DNA of 64,000 nt, taken from assembly GCA_964537555.1 (NCBI GenBank), contig CAZIAD010000001.1, positions 5,732 to 69,731 on the forward strand, written 5' to 3'. This stretch comes from an uncultured Brevinematales bacterium (lineage in GTDB: Bacteria; Spirochaetota; Brevinematia; Brevinematales; CAYRWR01). The position numbers and the translations under genes were made by a program. Shown in pieces: positions 27,378 through 36,919 of this stretch (the stretch's first letter is position 1; each line of letters begins with the position of its first letter). The notes under the pieces are model-generated. The model was not told where the DNA came from, did no database searches, and saw only the letters and a program-made list of their open reading frames with translations.

Positions 27378-28715
27378 TTATTGCAGCCTAAAACCAAAGC
27401 CCATTTCAAAACCAAATTTGATTTCCTGCATAATGAATGCCTGTCTGTTTGCAGGAATGGACGCCGGATCATTCCAGAAAAACTGATTCTGATCGGTAGT
27501 CAGGACCATGCCATTATTCATAATCTGTGGAGAAGCATCCAGAGAGAGGAAGAATCCATACTGCCAGTAGGGCACTTTAAGATTATTTATAGTGAATTTA
27601 ATACCGGAGAAGCTCCATCTGCGTCTCTGTATCCAGCGGATAGCAAAATGAGAATTAAATACTAGTGCATTAAATTCATCAGAAACTGGTGTTATGTCTG
27701 AATCATTATATCCCAGGTAGAATGTTTTTAAACCCACTCCCGCCTCCAGGGAAAGCGTAGTAAAATGTTTCGAGTTTATCCGGGATCTGAGGTTAATGGC
27801 CAGACCGACATTACCGGAAATAGTATTGAACATAAAATTCCCTCGTGAGATATTGAGAAAATCAAGGTTTCCGACTATACCCCATAACCAGTGGGGATTA
27901 ATACTTTTATTCCATCGTACATCCACACCGAATACGGATGGATTACTGGCAATACCGGGATCATAATCATAAAAATCTATAATGCTCACTAAGGAATTCA
28001 TAGGATTGAAATTTGAAGTATAGGGACTAAATTCCAGTGATTTCATAGTGTAGGGAGCAGCCAGAAATTCCTGAAAGACAGATGTATATTTATTCACAGC
28101 AGCCAGTCTCGTTCCCATCATAAGATCCAGAAGAAATGCTTCCGGTTTCTTTCTATATACAGACTTTGTTGCGTAACTTACTGTAGTAAAGTTTTCTATC
28201 ATAAATGACGTTGATTTCCAGACCCTCAAGCCCTTGTCATTTATCAGGGACCATTGTCCCATCAGCCATACTTCACTCCAGGTATAACCCATACCACTTT
28301 GAGCAACATCTTTCAGGGATACATCCAGTATCATAATATTTTTACCAGGATATTGTTGCTTTAATTTCTTGGTACTGGTTTTTCTATAATTATTCGAGAC
28401 CACTTCCAGTTTTACAAATACTGGTTCTAAGCCTTTTGTGTCGTATAATTGATTTAGGCTTAGACTGTAATTGGACACCTGATGTAACAGAGTGACATAA
28501 TTTGATTCAATAAATGTCAGATATATGCCAGCCGCTTCTTTTTGATTCATATTAAATTTCAAAATCCGGAAAAAATAATCTTCATCGAAATTTATTCGTG
28601 TCAGCAGCACTACATCTTGAGAACTTTTTACCAGTTTTGAATGAGACGGGATAGCAAAAGAATGCGAAAAAGCAAACAAAAACACAATAATACACAATAT
28701 CTTAACTTTAACCAT
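27378..28715 (-). CDS. predicted outer-membrane beta-barrel protein of unknown function
   Basis: 445 aa; signal peptide; alternating amphipathic beta pattern; C-terminal ...FGFRLQ aromatic terminus. Confidence 0.55.
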   Translation of the reverse strand: MVKVKILCIIVFLFAFSHSFAIPSHSKLVKSSQDVVLLTRINFDEDYFFRILKFNMNQKEAAGIYLTFIESNYVTLLHQVSNYSLSLNQLYDTKGLEPVFVKLEVVSNNYRKTSTKKLKQQYPGKNIMILDVSLKDVAQSGMGYTWSEVWLMGQWSLINDKGLRVWKSTSFMIENFTTVSYATKSVYRKKPEAFLLDLMMGTRLAAVNKYTSVFQEFLAAPYTMKSLEFSPYTSNFNPMNSLVSIIDFYDYDPGIASNPSVFGVDVRWNKSINPHWLWGIVGNLDFLNISRGNFMFNTISGNVGLAINLRSRINSKHFTTLSLEAGVGLKTFYLGYNDSDITPVSDEFNALVFNSHFAIRWIQRRRWSFSGIKFTINNLKVPYWQYGFFLSLDASPQIMNNGMVLTTDQNQFFWNDPASIPANRQAFIMQEIKFGFEMGFGFRLQ

Positions 28716-28812
28716 AACAACCTCACAGATATTTTATATATTTTAACATTAATTCAGTTAAAAATCAAATCAATAGTCTCAGTATTTAAAAAAGCACGGA
28801 CAAGAAATAGCA

Positions 28813-28848
28813 AAAAGCCCCGGATGTTTTACCAGTCCGGGGCCTTTT
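28813..28848. terminator. bidirectional rho-independent terminator
   Basis: hairpin gccccgga-tgttttaccag-tccggggc followed by ctttt. Confidence 0.6.
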
Positions 28849-28956
28849 GCATGAGTGAAGAGGTGTTTTGGAGGGTTGTATGAAAAATTGTTGTTGTCCA
28901 ATTTAATAGATAAGAGACAAGGGGGCTGAAAACGGTTAGATACATACCAGTTTTAT

Positions 28957-29289
28957 TTAAATGAGTGTTTGAAGGTCTTTAATTAGGACAGGAATATTAT
29001 TGATAATAGTATCCCATACTATGTCATCACTTAGGGCATCATATCCATGAATGATAACATTTCTAAAACCAATAATTTCTTTCCAGGAATTCACAGAAAT
29101 CAGGATTTCTTCATTCATTTTAAATACTCTATTGAAAGCTTCGCCGATTATCTCAAATTGTCTTTCTACAGCAGATTGTGTTTTTAAATCATTTCGATAT
29201 TCTTCAAAACTCATATTTAAAGTAAATTCCTTTATTAAAAGAGCTGCATTTAGAGCATCTTCCAGGCAGACTTTTGGGTCATGCAGCAT
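28957..29289 (-). CDS. hepT: HepT-like (DUF86) toxin RNase of a HepT/MntA toxin-antitoxin pair
   Basis: 110 aa; Rx4HxY motif 'FRNVIIHGY'. Confidence 0.8.
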   Translation of the reverse strand: MLHDPKVCLEDALNAALLIKEFTLNMSFEEYRNDLKTQSAVERQFEIIGEAFNRVFKMNEEILISVNSWKEIIGFRNVIIHGYDALSDDIVWDTIINNIPVLIKDLQTLI

Positions 29290-29575
29290 AAAGTTCTCTG
29301 GTTTTATTATAAATATTTTGTTTCAGTCGTGCGTTTTTAATGGCATCTGGCATAAGAAGATCAACCGGTCTTTTCAGAATTAATTCCAGCTCACTTTTTA
29401 ATGCCATATATCTATGTAGACCATTAGTTGAATGGGATAATTCCAGTAGAAAATCCACATCGCTATTCTTTTGAAATTCTTTAGTTAATGCACTGCCGAA
29501 TAGAGTCAGTTTTTTTACTTCATACTTTTCGCACAGTGATTTAATTCTGTCCAGATAGGGTTCGATTTTCAACAT
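29279..29575 (-). CDS. mntA: MntA-like minimal nucleotidyltransferase antitoxin
   Basis: 98 aa; 'FGSALTKEFQKNSDVDFLLE' GSx(n)DxD nucleotidyltransferase motif; 11-nt overlap with hepT. Confidence 0.8.
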   Translation of the reverse strand: MLKIEPYLDRIKSLCEKYEVKKLTLFGSALTKEFQKNSDVDFLLELSHSTNGLHRYMALKSELELILKRPVDLLMPDAIKNARLKQNIYNKTRELYAA

Positions 29576-29632
29576 TCATTATTCCTTGATTAATGATACA
29601 GGATAATGAAATGGAGGTCAAGATTCTACTAA

Positions 29633-30478
29633 TTAATTATCCTGTGTCCTGGCCAGGCTGATGTGATCCTCTTCTATGACAATCAGGCGTTGTTTGTACA
29701 GCACCCCGATCGCTTTTTTAAAGGCCTTTTTACTGACCCCGAAGGCCCGGGAGATATCGTCAGGATCGCTCTTGTCCGACAGGGGGAGAGTGCCGCCCCG
29801 CTCCCGGAGACGTTCCAGGATGACCTGGGACAGGTCCTTGACCTGGCCGAAGCCCTGCTTCTGCAGAGCCAGGTCGATCTTTCCGTCCTCCCGGATATTC
29901 TTGATATAGCCGGTGAGACGATCTCCCACCTGGACCTTTTTGAAGATGTCGTTATAAAAGATGACCCCGGAGTGGGTGTTATTGATGATGGCCTTGTAGC
30001 CCAGGTCGGTAGCATAGGCGATCATGAGGTCCACCTCCTGGCCTACTTCATAGTCTCCCCCTGTTTTTTCCAGCTCAAAATCGATCTTGGAGCTGGCGGC
30101 CAGGCGGTCGCTCACTTCATCGTGGTAGATAAATACGACATAGTACTTTCCCACCTGCATTTTCTCTTTCTGCTCCTTGAAGGGCACAAAGAGATCCTGG
30201 GGCAGGCCCCAGTCCAGAAAGGCTCCTATTTCAGTAGCGGCCTTACACTGCAGGCAGGCAAATTCTCCTACCTGACCCTTGGGCATGTGTGGTGTGGCTA
30301 CCAGGCGCTCCAGGGGGTCCAGGTAGATAAAGACATCGATCTCATCACCCTCGCTTAGAGGCTTTTCCAGGAAGACCCGGGGTATAAGGACCTCACCCAG
30401 CTCACCGGCATCCACAAAGGGGCCGAAGTCAGTGACCTTGATGACGGGTAGTACCTGGCTCTTGCCCAGCTGTGCCAT
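29633..30478 (-). CDS. cvfB: CvfB/YitL-like S1-domain RNA-binding protein
   Basis: ORF 29633..30514; likely start at MAQLGK; tandem S1-like segments and C-terminal winged-helix-like region. Confidence 0.6.
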   Translation of the reverse strand: MAQLGKSQVLPVIKVTDFGPFVDAGELGEVLIPRVFLEKPLSEGDEIDVFIYLDPLERLVATPHMPKGQVGEFACLQCKAATEIGAFLDWGLPQDLFVPFKEQKEKMQVGKYYVVFIYHDEVSDRLAASSKIDFELEKTGGDYEVGQEVDLMIAYATDLGYKAIINNTHSGVIFYNDIFKKVQVGDRLTGYIKNIREDGKIDLALQKQGFGQVKDLSQVILERLRERGGTLPLSDKSDPDDISRAFGVSKKAFKKAIGVLYKQRLIVIEEDHISLARTQDN

Positions 30479-30563
30479 GTGATGCTCCTTGGAAGTATTA
30501 CTATAGTATAGCATGAAAGAGGGAATAGTACATAAAACATACTGATTCAGGGTATCCTTATGA

Positions 30564-30956
30564 TCAAATATATTCTACTCTCAGGCCTTTTATATATCCA
30601 AAATGCCGGTCATGTGTGATTACGATAGATGCGGTCTGCATAGCATGGGCAGCTATCCATATATCATTGAGAGGAATGGGACGTCCATCTTTTTTTAGCT
30701 GGTCTTTGATGAGGGCAAAATACTCTGCAGTGACCATCCCTGCTTCCAGAATATTCACCCCAGGCTTATCCAAAAAGACTGCCAGATATTGTTTATTTAA
30801 TTCTTCTTTGGTCCCGCCTCTAAATCCGGCCAGCAATTCTGCCATCACAAAAATGGAGAAATGGATCCATTCAGACTGACTTATAATATCGAGTACCTTT
30901 GGATGGCCGGATAAAAATTCATCGTAGGCATTGGTATCCAGCAATATATTCTTCAT
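30564..30956 (-). CDS. vapC: PIN-domain toxin (VapC/FitB-like)
   Basis: 130 aa; 'ILLDTNAY' N-terminal acidic PIN motif, further conserved D residues. Confidence 0.75.
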   Translation of the reverse strand: MKNILLDTNAYDEFLSGHPKVLDIISQSEWIHFSIFVMAELLAGFRGGTKEELNKQYLAVFLDKPGVNILEAGMVTAEYFALIKDQLKKDGRPIPLNDIWIAAHAMQTASIVITHDRHFGYIKGLRVEYI

Positions 30957-31204
30957 TTCCAGTCCTGGGGATCGATCTGCGCGAAATCCTTAGTGTTTTT
31001 TCTAAATTGCTCCTGATCTTCTTTTGTCCAGACTCCAAACAGATCCATAAACTGTTCTTTACGGTCTGCATACTTATCCAGGTTCAAAGCCCGTCTTAAG
31101 ATCTCCTGAATAGTTTTATTGAGGCTTTTATGCTGATTATGAGCTATTTCCGTGATTTTTTGTTCCAGATTATCATCCATATTATGCAGGGTTATCGACT
31201 TCAT
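30953..31204 (-). CDS. vapB: ribbon-helix-helix antitoxin (VapB/FitA/StbC-like)
   Basis: 83 aa; 'ITLHNMDDNLEQKITEIAHNQHKSLNKTIQEILRRAL' RHH pattern; 4-nt overlap with vapC. Confidence 0.65.
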   Translation of the reverse strand: MKSITLHNMDDNLEQKITEIAHNQHKSLNKTIQEILRRALNLDKYADRKEQFMDLFGVWTKEDQEQFRKNTKDFAQIDPQDWK

Positions 31205-31295
31205 AGATTCCTCCCCTAAAAATAATGAACCATTTTATAGTATGTGTGGTTCATTATACTTCCCAATAAAATATTATTCAAGTAAAAGCAGGCAT

Positions 31296-31325
31296 TAAAA
31301 AACGGCTCCCCTGCCGGGAGCCGTT
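31296..31325 (-). terminator. rho-independent terminator after the flotillin gene
   Basis: hairpin aacggctccc-ctgcc-gggagccgtt with T-run on minus strand. Confidence 0.65.
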
Positions 31326-31343
31326 CCTGTTTTATTATGCGAC

Positions 31344-32666
31344 TTATTCCACTATCTCACTATCTCCCTTTTTCCGGGATGATCCACTCTTCTGGGGTAC
31401 AATCGTGTCTATCACGCTCTTGAGCTGGGCCAGGGCTTCGGGATTAGTCTTTTTGAGACTGTCCAGCATGGCTCCCAGGTTGGCTCCCCCTTTGGCGGTA
31501 AAGAGGTCCACAAAGTTGGTGATCTCACCCGTGGATATGAGCTTGAGGTCTGCGGTAGACAGGGCATTCATCCCAGCCAGGCCTACTTTTTCCTCTTTTT
31601 CTATGCTGCGGATGATCTTGGCCGCTTCGTTAAACTTATTGAGCGCTTCAGCCATCTTTTCCTTGGCCATAGCTTCAGACAGTCCCTTGGCTTTGATGAC
31701 GTCGGCTTCGGCTTGTCCCACCCGGGCCAGACCTTCCGCTTCCCCTTCCTTGACCTTGATCTGGGCCATCTTCTTACCCTCAGCCTGCTCTACGATAGCT
31801 TCCTTTTCGATCTCAGCCAGGCGGACTTTCTGGATACGCTGTACTTTCATGGCCTCTTCCTGGGCCTTTTGCTCGGCTATGTAGATGGCTTCCTGCTTGG
31901 TCTGCTCGGCCTGTCCTACCTGCTGTTCCGCCTGTCTCTTACGTACTTCGGACTTTTCCATGGAGTCGGCTTCCACGATCTCTGCGTCTTTCTGCTTGAT
32001 AGCGATCTGCTTGCGGGACTCGGCATTGATCTCGGCTTCCATCTTGGCCGAGATATCCCGGATTACGGTAGTCTTGGCGTCATCGGGGTCGGAGATTCCC
32101 ACTACAGCTACGTTAGTGACGTCGAATCCATACACTCTCATATCTTCTTCCAGGGATTCCTGGATACCGCTGGCGATCTCCTGCTTCTTGGCGATCACAT
32201 CTTCCACGGGGAACTTAGTGGTAGTATTACGGATAGCCGCTACGATGATCTCCTTGATACCGTCACGGAACTCCTGTATGGAGTTGCCGGGCCAGCGCTG
32301 AGCGGCGATGGTGGGGTCATTGACCTTTCCATAGACCGACACATCACAGATAAAGCGGGCATTTCTCTGGGCGAAGGTCTCATAGTCCTTGACCCCGATC
32401 TCGATGACCTTGAGGGGGATACGCTTCACATACATACCTACCCAGGGCACCCAGCGGGGGATCTTGTAGTAGATGGACTTACGCTGAGGATTGATCTTTT
32501 CGTCTGAGCAGTAGACCTTGCGGTTTCGTCGGCGGATGATCACATCAGCATATTCCGGGGGAACGATGACACGGAATAAAAACGGGAATACAAAAAACAC
32601 CCCTACCAGGACCAGGACCACCCAGCCCCAGTTTACACTTAACCATTCGAAAATCATCTTACACAC
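31344..32666 (-). CDS. SPFH/band-7 flotillin-like protein (YqiK/FloA-type)
   Basis: 440 aa; N-terminal TM, SPFH domain, long Ala/Glu-rich coiled coil 'QAEQQVGQAEQTKQEA...'. Confidence 0.8.
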   Translation of the reverse strand: MCKMIFEWLSVNWGWVVLVLVGVFFVFPFLFRVIVPPEYADVIIRRRNRKVYCSDEKINPQRKSIYYKIPRWVPWVGMYVKRIPLKVIEIGVKDYETFAQRNARFICDVSVYGKVNDPTIAAQRWPGNSIQEFRDGIKEIIVAAIRNTTTKFPVEDVIAKKQEIASGIQESLEEDMRVYGFDVTNVAVVGISDPDDAKTTVIRDISAKMEAEINAESRKQIAIKQKDAEIVEADSMEKSEVRKRQAEQQVGQAEQTKQEAIYIAEQKAQEEAMKVQRIQKVRLAEIEKEAIVEQAEGKKMAQIKVKEGEAEGLARVGQAEADVIKAKGLSEAMAKEKMAEALNKFNEAAKIIRSIEKEEKVGLAGMNALSTADLKLISTGEITNFVDLFTAKGGANLGAMLDSLKKTNPEALAQLKSVIDTIVPQKSGSSRKKGDSEIVE

Positions 32667-32693
32667 TCCAATAATATTATTTACTTATGTTCA

Positions 32694-32812
32694 TCACTTT
32701 TTTTCTTGACCAGGTACAAGGCCAGGGCCAGGGTGACGACTGCCACCGACAGTATGACTCTCCAGTTTGATCTGAAAAAATCCAGAATCCCCCATCCGGG
32801 CAACATTTCCAT
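32694..32812 (-). CDS. 39-aa single-TM small protein immediately upstream of flotillin (below ORF-track size cutoff)
   Basis: ATG at 32812, MEMLPGWGILDFFRSNWRVILSVAVVTLALALYLVKKK; stop 28 nt before flotillin start. Confidence 0.4.
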
Positions 32813-32813
32813 A

Positions 32814-33030
32814 CTACACCTTCTCACTCGAAGTGAGCTTCACTTTTCCATCCATGATGTCGGAAAAGACCTTCCCGGGCAGTATCTCCGCATTTTTTTC
32901 ATCTCCCTCTTCTATATAGAGGATGATATCCCGTCCATCAGCCAGAAGATTGTAGGCGATCTCCATATCTGCAATAGAAGAAAAGGTGATCTCTTCCGCA
33001 GACTTTTCCACTACTTTAAACTTGTCCATT
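32814..33030 (-). CDS. 72-aa small soluble protein, first gene of the flotillin operon
   Basis: internal start of ORF 32814..33182 with SD gaggtgtgg; MDKFKVVEKSAEEITFSS...; beta-rich, possibly NfeD-like OB-fold fragment (speculative). Confidence 0.4.
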
Positions 33031-33228
33031 CCACACCTCGTATTGTTTGGTTTATTATAACTCATACCATCAAAAATGCCAGAAATCAATTTGTAATTGT
33101 CAGGACAGAGGATTTTCAGGATATTATTATTTTTGATATTTATGTCATCTCGCTTACTCATATACTGGACCAAATTACCCATTCTTATTATATTCTGCTA
33201 TAATACCTAAAAGAACTAAGAGGACCCC

Positions 33229-34944
33229 ATGCCTGAAAAAATACAAAAGAAAACCCGACGCTACTTCCCGGCTGACTTTGAGGTCACACAGTGGCCCGCA
33301 CTCCAGGCTGCCCTGGATGAGATCCTGGCCCGTGATATCACCGATACCGCCGCTCTGGAAGACTATCTGCTGCAGACCAGTGAGCTGGGTGAGATCATAG
33401 AGGAAGAGATGGCCTGGCGCTATATCGGCATGACCTGCCACGCCAGTGAAGAGCAGTACAGCCAGGCCTTTAACGACTTTTACCGGGACATCATCTCCCC
33501 CTATAAGGACTACTCCCATAAGCTCAGGAAAAAGTACTACGATAGCCCCCTCCGCCACCAGCTGTCCCCGGAGCGCTATGCCCAGCTGGACCGTCTGGTG
33601 TCCAATGACATCGAGCTCTTCCGCAGCGAGAACATCCCTCTGCAGAACCAGGAGCAGGAGCTGTCTAATAAATACGGGGCCCTTATGTCTGAGATGACTG
33701 TGACTTACAGGGGTGAGGAAAAGACCCTGCCTCAGCTGTCCATTTTTCTCAAAGACCCGGACCGCTCGGTCAGAGAGGAGGTGTGGAGACTCATCCAGGA
33801 CAGGCTGGCCCGGGATGCTGAGCAGCTTAATTCCCTGTTTGATGAATTGAAGGATCTGCGCCGTAGGGAAGCAAAAAATGCCGGGTATACTAATTACAGA
33901 GATTATAAACACCAGGAAATGGGCAGGTTCGCTTACAGCCCTCAGGACCTGGAGATCTTTCATACATCCGTAGAAAAGGTGGTAGTACCTTTTATCCGGG
34001 AACTGAACCAGGATCGAAAAGCCACACTGGGAGTAGACAGCCTCCGTCCCTGGGACCTCAACGTGGATACCGACGGCCGCTTACTCAAACCCTTCGGCAC
34101 CGGTGATGAGCTCTACCAGGGCTGCCGGGACATCCTGGGCCGGGTCCATCCCGACTTCGGCCGGCGCCTGGAGCTGATGCACCACAGCGGCTTTTTAGAC
34201 CTGGACAACCGCAAGGGCAAGGCCCCCGGCGGCTACAACTATCCCCTCCAGGAACACGGGGCCAGCTTTATCTTTATGAACGCGGTAGGACTGCACCGGG
34301 ATGTGATCACCCTCCTCCATGAGGCGGGCCACGCCCTGCATAGTGCCGCCATGGCTCCGGAACCTCTGGGTACCTATAAGTCTCCTCCCATGGAGGTAGC
34401 CGAGCTGGCCTCCATGAGCATGGAGCTCCTGTCCATGCCCTACTGGGATGTATTCTACAGTGATGATGCCGACCTGCGCAAGGCTCGGGTGGAGCAGCTG
34501 GAAGACACCATAAAGCTCCTGCCCTGGATCATGATCGTGGATGCTTTCCAGCACTGGATCTACACCCACCCGGAACACACTGTGGAGGAGCGTAATACCT
34601 GCTTTGTATCCCTCCTGGACCGTTATGACACCGGTGTGGACTATAGCGGCATCGAGCATACCCGGGCTAATTCCTGGCTGAGACAGCTCCATATCTTTGA
34701 GGTACCCTTCTACTACATAGAGTATGCTATGGCCCAGCTGGGGGCCCTGGCTGTCTATAAGAACTACCGGGAACAGGGGCCCCGGGCCCTGGAGCAGTAC
34801 CAGGCCTTTATGAACCTGGGATATTCACTGCCCATTCCCGACATCTACCGGGCTGCAGGCATACGTTTCGACTTCAGTGAAGAATACATCCGGGAGTTAC
34901 TGGAATTTGTAAAGACTGAGCTGGAGCTGGTGAAGGGAGCATAG
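33229..34944 (+). CDS. pepF: M3-family oligoendopeptidase (PepF-like)
   Basis: 571 aa; zinc motif HEAGHALH with downstream Glu. Confidence 0.85.
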   Translation: MPEKIQKKTRRYFPADFEVTQWPALQAALDEILARDITDTAALEDYLLQTSELGEIIEEEMAWRYIGMTCHASEEQYSQAFNDFYRDIISPYKDYSHKLRKKYYDSPLRHQLSPERYAQLDRLVSNDIELFRSENIPLQNQEQELSNKYGALMSEMTVTYRGEEKTLPQLSIFLKDPDRSVREEVWRLIQDRLARDAEQLNSLFDELKDLRRREAKNAGYTNYRDYKHQEMGRFAYSPQDLEIFHTSVEKVVVPFIRELNQDRKATLGVDSLRPWDLNVDTDGRLLKPFGTGDELYQGCRDILGRVHPDFGRRLELMHHSGFLDLDNRKGKAPGGYNYPLQEHGASFIFMNAVGLHRDVITLLHEAGHALHSAAMAPEPLGTYKSPPMEVAELASMSMELLSMPYWDVFYSDDADLRKARVEQLEDTIKLLPWIMIVDAFQHWIYTHPEHTVEERNTCFVSLLDRYDTGVDYSGIEHTRANSWLRQLHIFEVPFYYIEYAMAQLGALAVYKNYREQGPRALEQYQAFMNLGYSLPIPDIYRAAGIRFDFSEEYIRELLEFVKTELELVKGA

Positions 34945-34948
34945 AATA

Positions 34949-35761
34949 ATGAAAAAATGGATCTTTCTGGCTCTTTTCCTCAGTTTGAACACCTGTAGCC
35001 TGCAGTTAGGGGAAAACTATGAAGTATTCACATTATCCCGTAACGGCCTGGATTATTATCAGGTACAGGTCTATTCGGGCAGCATCCCCATAAAGGATCT
35101 GGATTCAGCATCAGCTGTCTTTACACTGGATGGTAATTTCCTGTTTTCCCAAGTATATCCTATAGTCGACAGACTGCATCAAAGTGGTGATATACTACCT
35201 CTGGTCGTAATATCTATAGGCTATGCAGAAGGGATCAACCCGGACATAGTACGCTTTAATGACTATACTCCCAGTTCTGACCCGCAATTAAGTCAGGTGA
35301 CCGGGGGTCTGGAATCTTTCCTGGATGACCTGGAAAATCTCATTCTACCTGCTGTTTACAGTCGATACTCTATATCTACCAATCGCTCAGAACACGCTCT
35401 GGTAGGATGGTCTCTCTCAGGACTGGCAGCTTTTTATCTGGCGCTGCAACGACCGGGTAACTTCGGTACAGTAATCGCATCCAGCCCCTCCCTTCAGTGG
35501 GATGGCGGTATGATCTTCAGCATAGAGACCAATTATGCTATATCCAATACCAATCTTTCCCTTAATCTTTTCCTGGGCAGCGGCAGCCTGGAAGCATATG
35601 GTATGAATGAGTACTGTACAGAGATGTTCCAGCGCCTCAGTAACCGCAATTATCAGGATCTGTCTGTGACAAGGGAAATAATGAGGGCCAGGAACCATAA
35701 TTCCGCAGTTCCAGAAGTAATAGAGAGAGGTCTGATATGGGCATATGGAGTAAATCCATGA
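34949..35761 (+). CDS. alpha/beta-hydrolase esterase (putative esterase/enterochelin-esterase-like)
   Basis: 270 aa; signal peptide; nucleophile elbow GWSLSG. Confidence 0.65.
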   Translation: MKKWIFLALFLSLNTCSLQLGENYEVFTLSRNGLDYYQVQVYSGSIPIKDLDSASAVFTLDGNFLFSQVYPIVDRLHQSGDILPLVVISIGYAEGINPDIVRFNDYTPSSDPQLSQVTGGLESFLDDLENLILPAVYSRYSISTNRSEHALVGWSLSGLAAFYLALQRPGNFGTVIASSPSLQWDGGMIFSIETNYAISNTNLSLNLFLGSGSLEAYGMNEYCTEMFQRLSNRNYQDLSVTREIMRARNHNSAVPEVIERGLIWAYGVNP

Positions 35762-36285
35762 AAAAATCTATATTCATCCTTCTGTTCACCAGTCTGGCAA
35801 TGTCTCCTGTATTTAGTACTTCATTATCTCTTAATTTAGGTATAGGTTTGAGAAACGGGGTGATAATCCAGATCGAGAAAGAGCTCTTACCGCATGTTAA
35901 TTTTCTCGCCTATACTCATCTCAACTCAATGAGTTATGAATCTACCGGTAACTATTCACTGAATGGAATCATACCGATTTATAATCTGAAAGTGGCTGCT
36001 ATGGCCGGATTAAATTACCGCCTGGGTAATCCTGACCGATTCTCTATAGGATTAAATGTTTTAGCCGGCCTGAACATTACTTTTCTGAAGGAAGGAGTCA
36101 GTCTCCCTGATTATAGTATCAGCCGGGAATATCAGACGACAGAAGCTGGTCTTTTAGGGCTGGGCCTTCTGGATTTTCGCTGGAATTTTACACCTCACTG
36201 GGGCATCCAACTACTGGCTGAAGTACCTTTACCTTTTTATTATGAAGAGATCATGCTGGGCATAGGTGTAGTATTCCGCTGGTAA
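35758..36285 (+). CDS. small outer-membrane beta-barrel protein (unknown function)
   Basis: ORF 35737..36285, start at MKKSIFILLFTSLAMSPVFS signal peptide; C-terminal ...GVVFRW. Confidence 0.5.
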   Translation: MKKSIFILLFTSLAMSPVFSTSLSLNLGIGLRNGVIIQIEKELLPHVNFLAYTHLNSMSYESTGNYSLNGIIPIYNLKVAAMAGLNYRLGNPDRFSIGLNVLAGLNITFLKEGVSLPDYSISREYQTTEAGLLGLGLLDFRWNFTPHWGIQLLAEVPLPFYYEEIMLGIGVVFRW

Positions 36286-36327
36286 ATAATAGTCTCTATT
36301 TAGATTTTAATGATCATTCATTAACAC

Positions 36328-36747
36328 TCAGACTGATCCTATTTGCTGACTGGCTGCATCATACTTATTTTTACTCATCTCCACAATAAGCGTGACTATA
36401 GCGCCTCCCATGGAGGAACCTTCTATAAATGCCTGTTGCGGTTTTCCATATTTAACATCTATATATTCCCTGAGATAGTCCAGGTCCTCTACCGCTTCCA
36501 GAAAAATCTGGCCGTTCCTGCGGTAGCTGGTGGATGCGATCATCCATCCTACATCCAGTAATTGTTTATACAGCTTTTTTGTCAGATTGATATCGGCTGT
36601 CAGCGGTAGATTTTCGGTACGCAGCCCATGGGCCACTACCAGAAATTTTTTATTCCAATCTTCAGGAACTGCGATCAGCACTTGTGTGTTGGTGACCACT
36701 GCCTTATTCAGGGTATAAGTAGTGTCGTTTCTATAAAAGATTAGCAA
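36328..36747 (-). CDS. short alpha/beta-hydrolase-like ORF (possibly truncated)
   Basis: 139 aa; 'FLVVAHG' oxyanion-region and 'EGSSMGGAI' GxSxG elbow but no downstream Asp/His region. Confidence 0.4.
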   Translation of the reverse strand: MLIFYRNDTTYTLNKAVVTNTQVLIAVPEDWNKKFLVVAHGLRTENLPLTADINLTKKLYKQLLDVGWMIASTSYRRNGQIFLEAVEDLDYLREYIDVKYGKPQQAFIEGSSMGGAIVTLIVEMSKNKYDAASQQIGSV

Positions 36748-36919
36748 AGGTGTAGTGATATGTAAATATTTAGTGTTTTCTCTCTGAAAACCCCATACTA
36801 TAGGCTATAGCTTTCTTTTTCTATAAAAAACCCATATTTCCAATGATTCCTTTTGCATTAAATAGCAGAGGGGTATATACTGGAAAATGGCCGTTAAAAA
36901 AATAATACGGGGGAATTTT

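Noticed and set aside
33175-33963. 262-aa antisense ORF opposite pepF
   Set aside because: Shadow ORF inside the M3 peptidase CDS; no motifs; overlaps the true gene completely.
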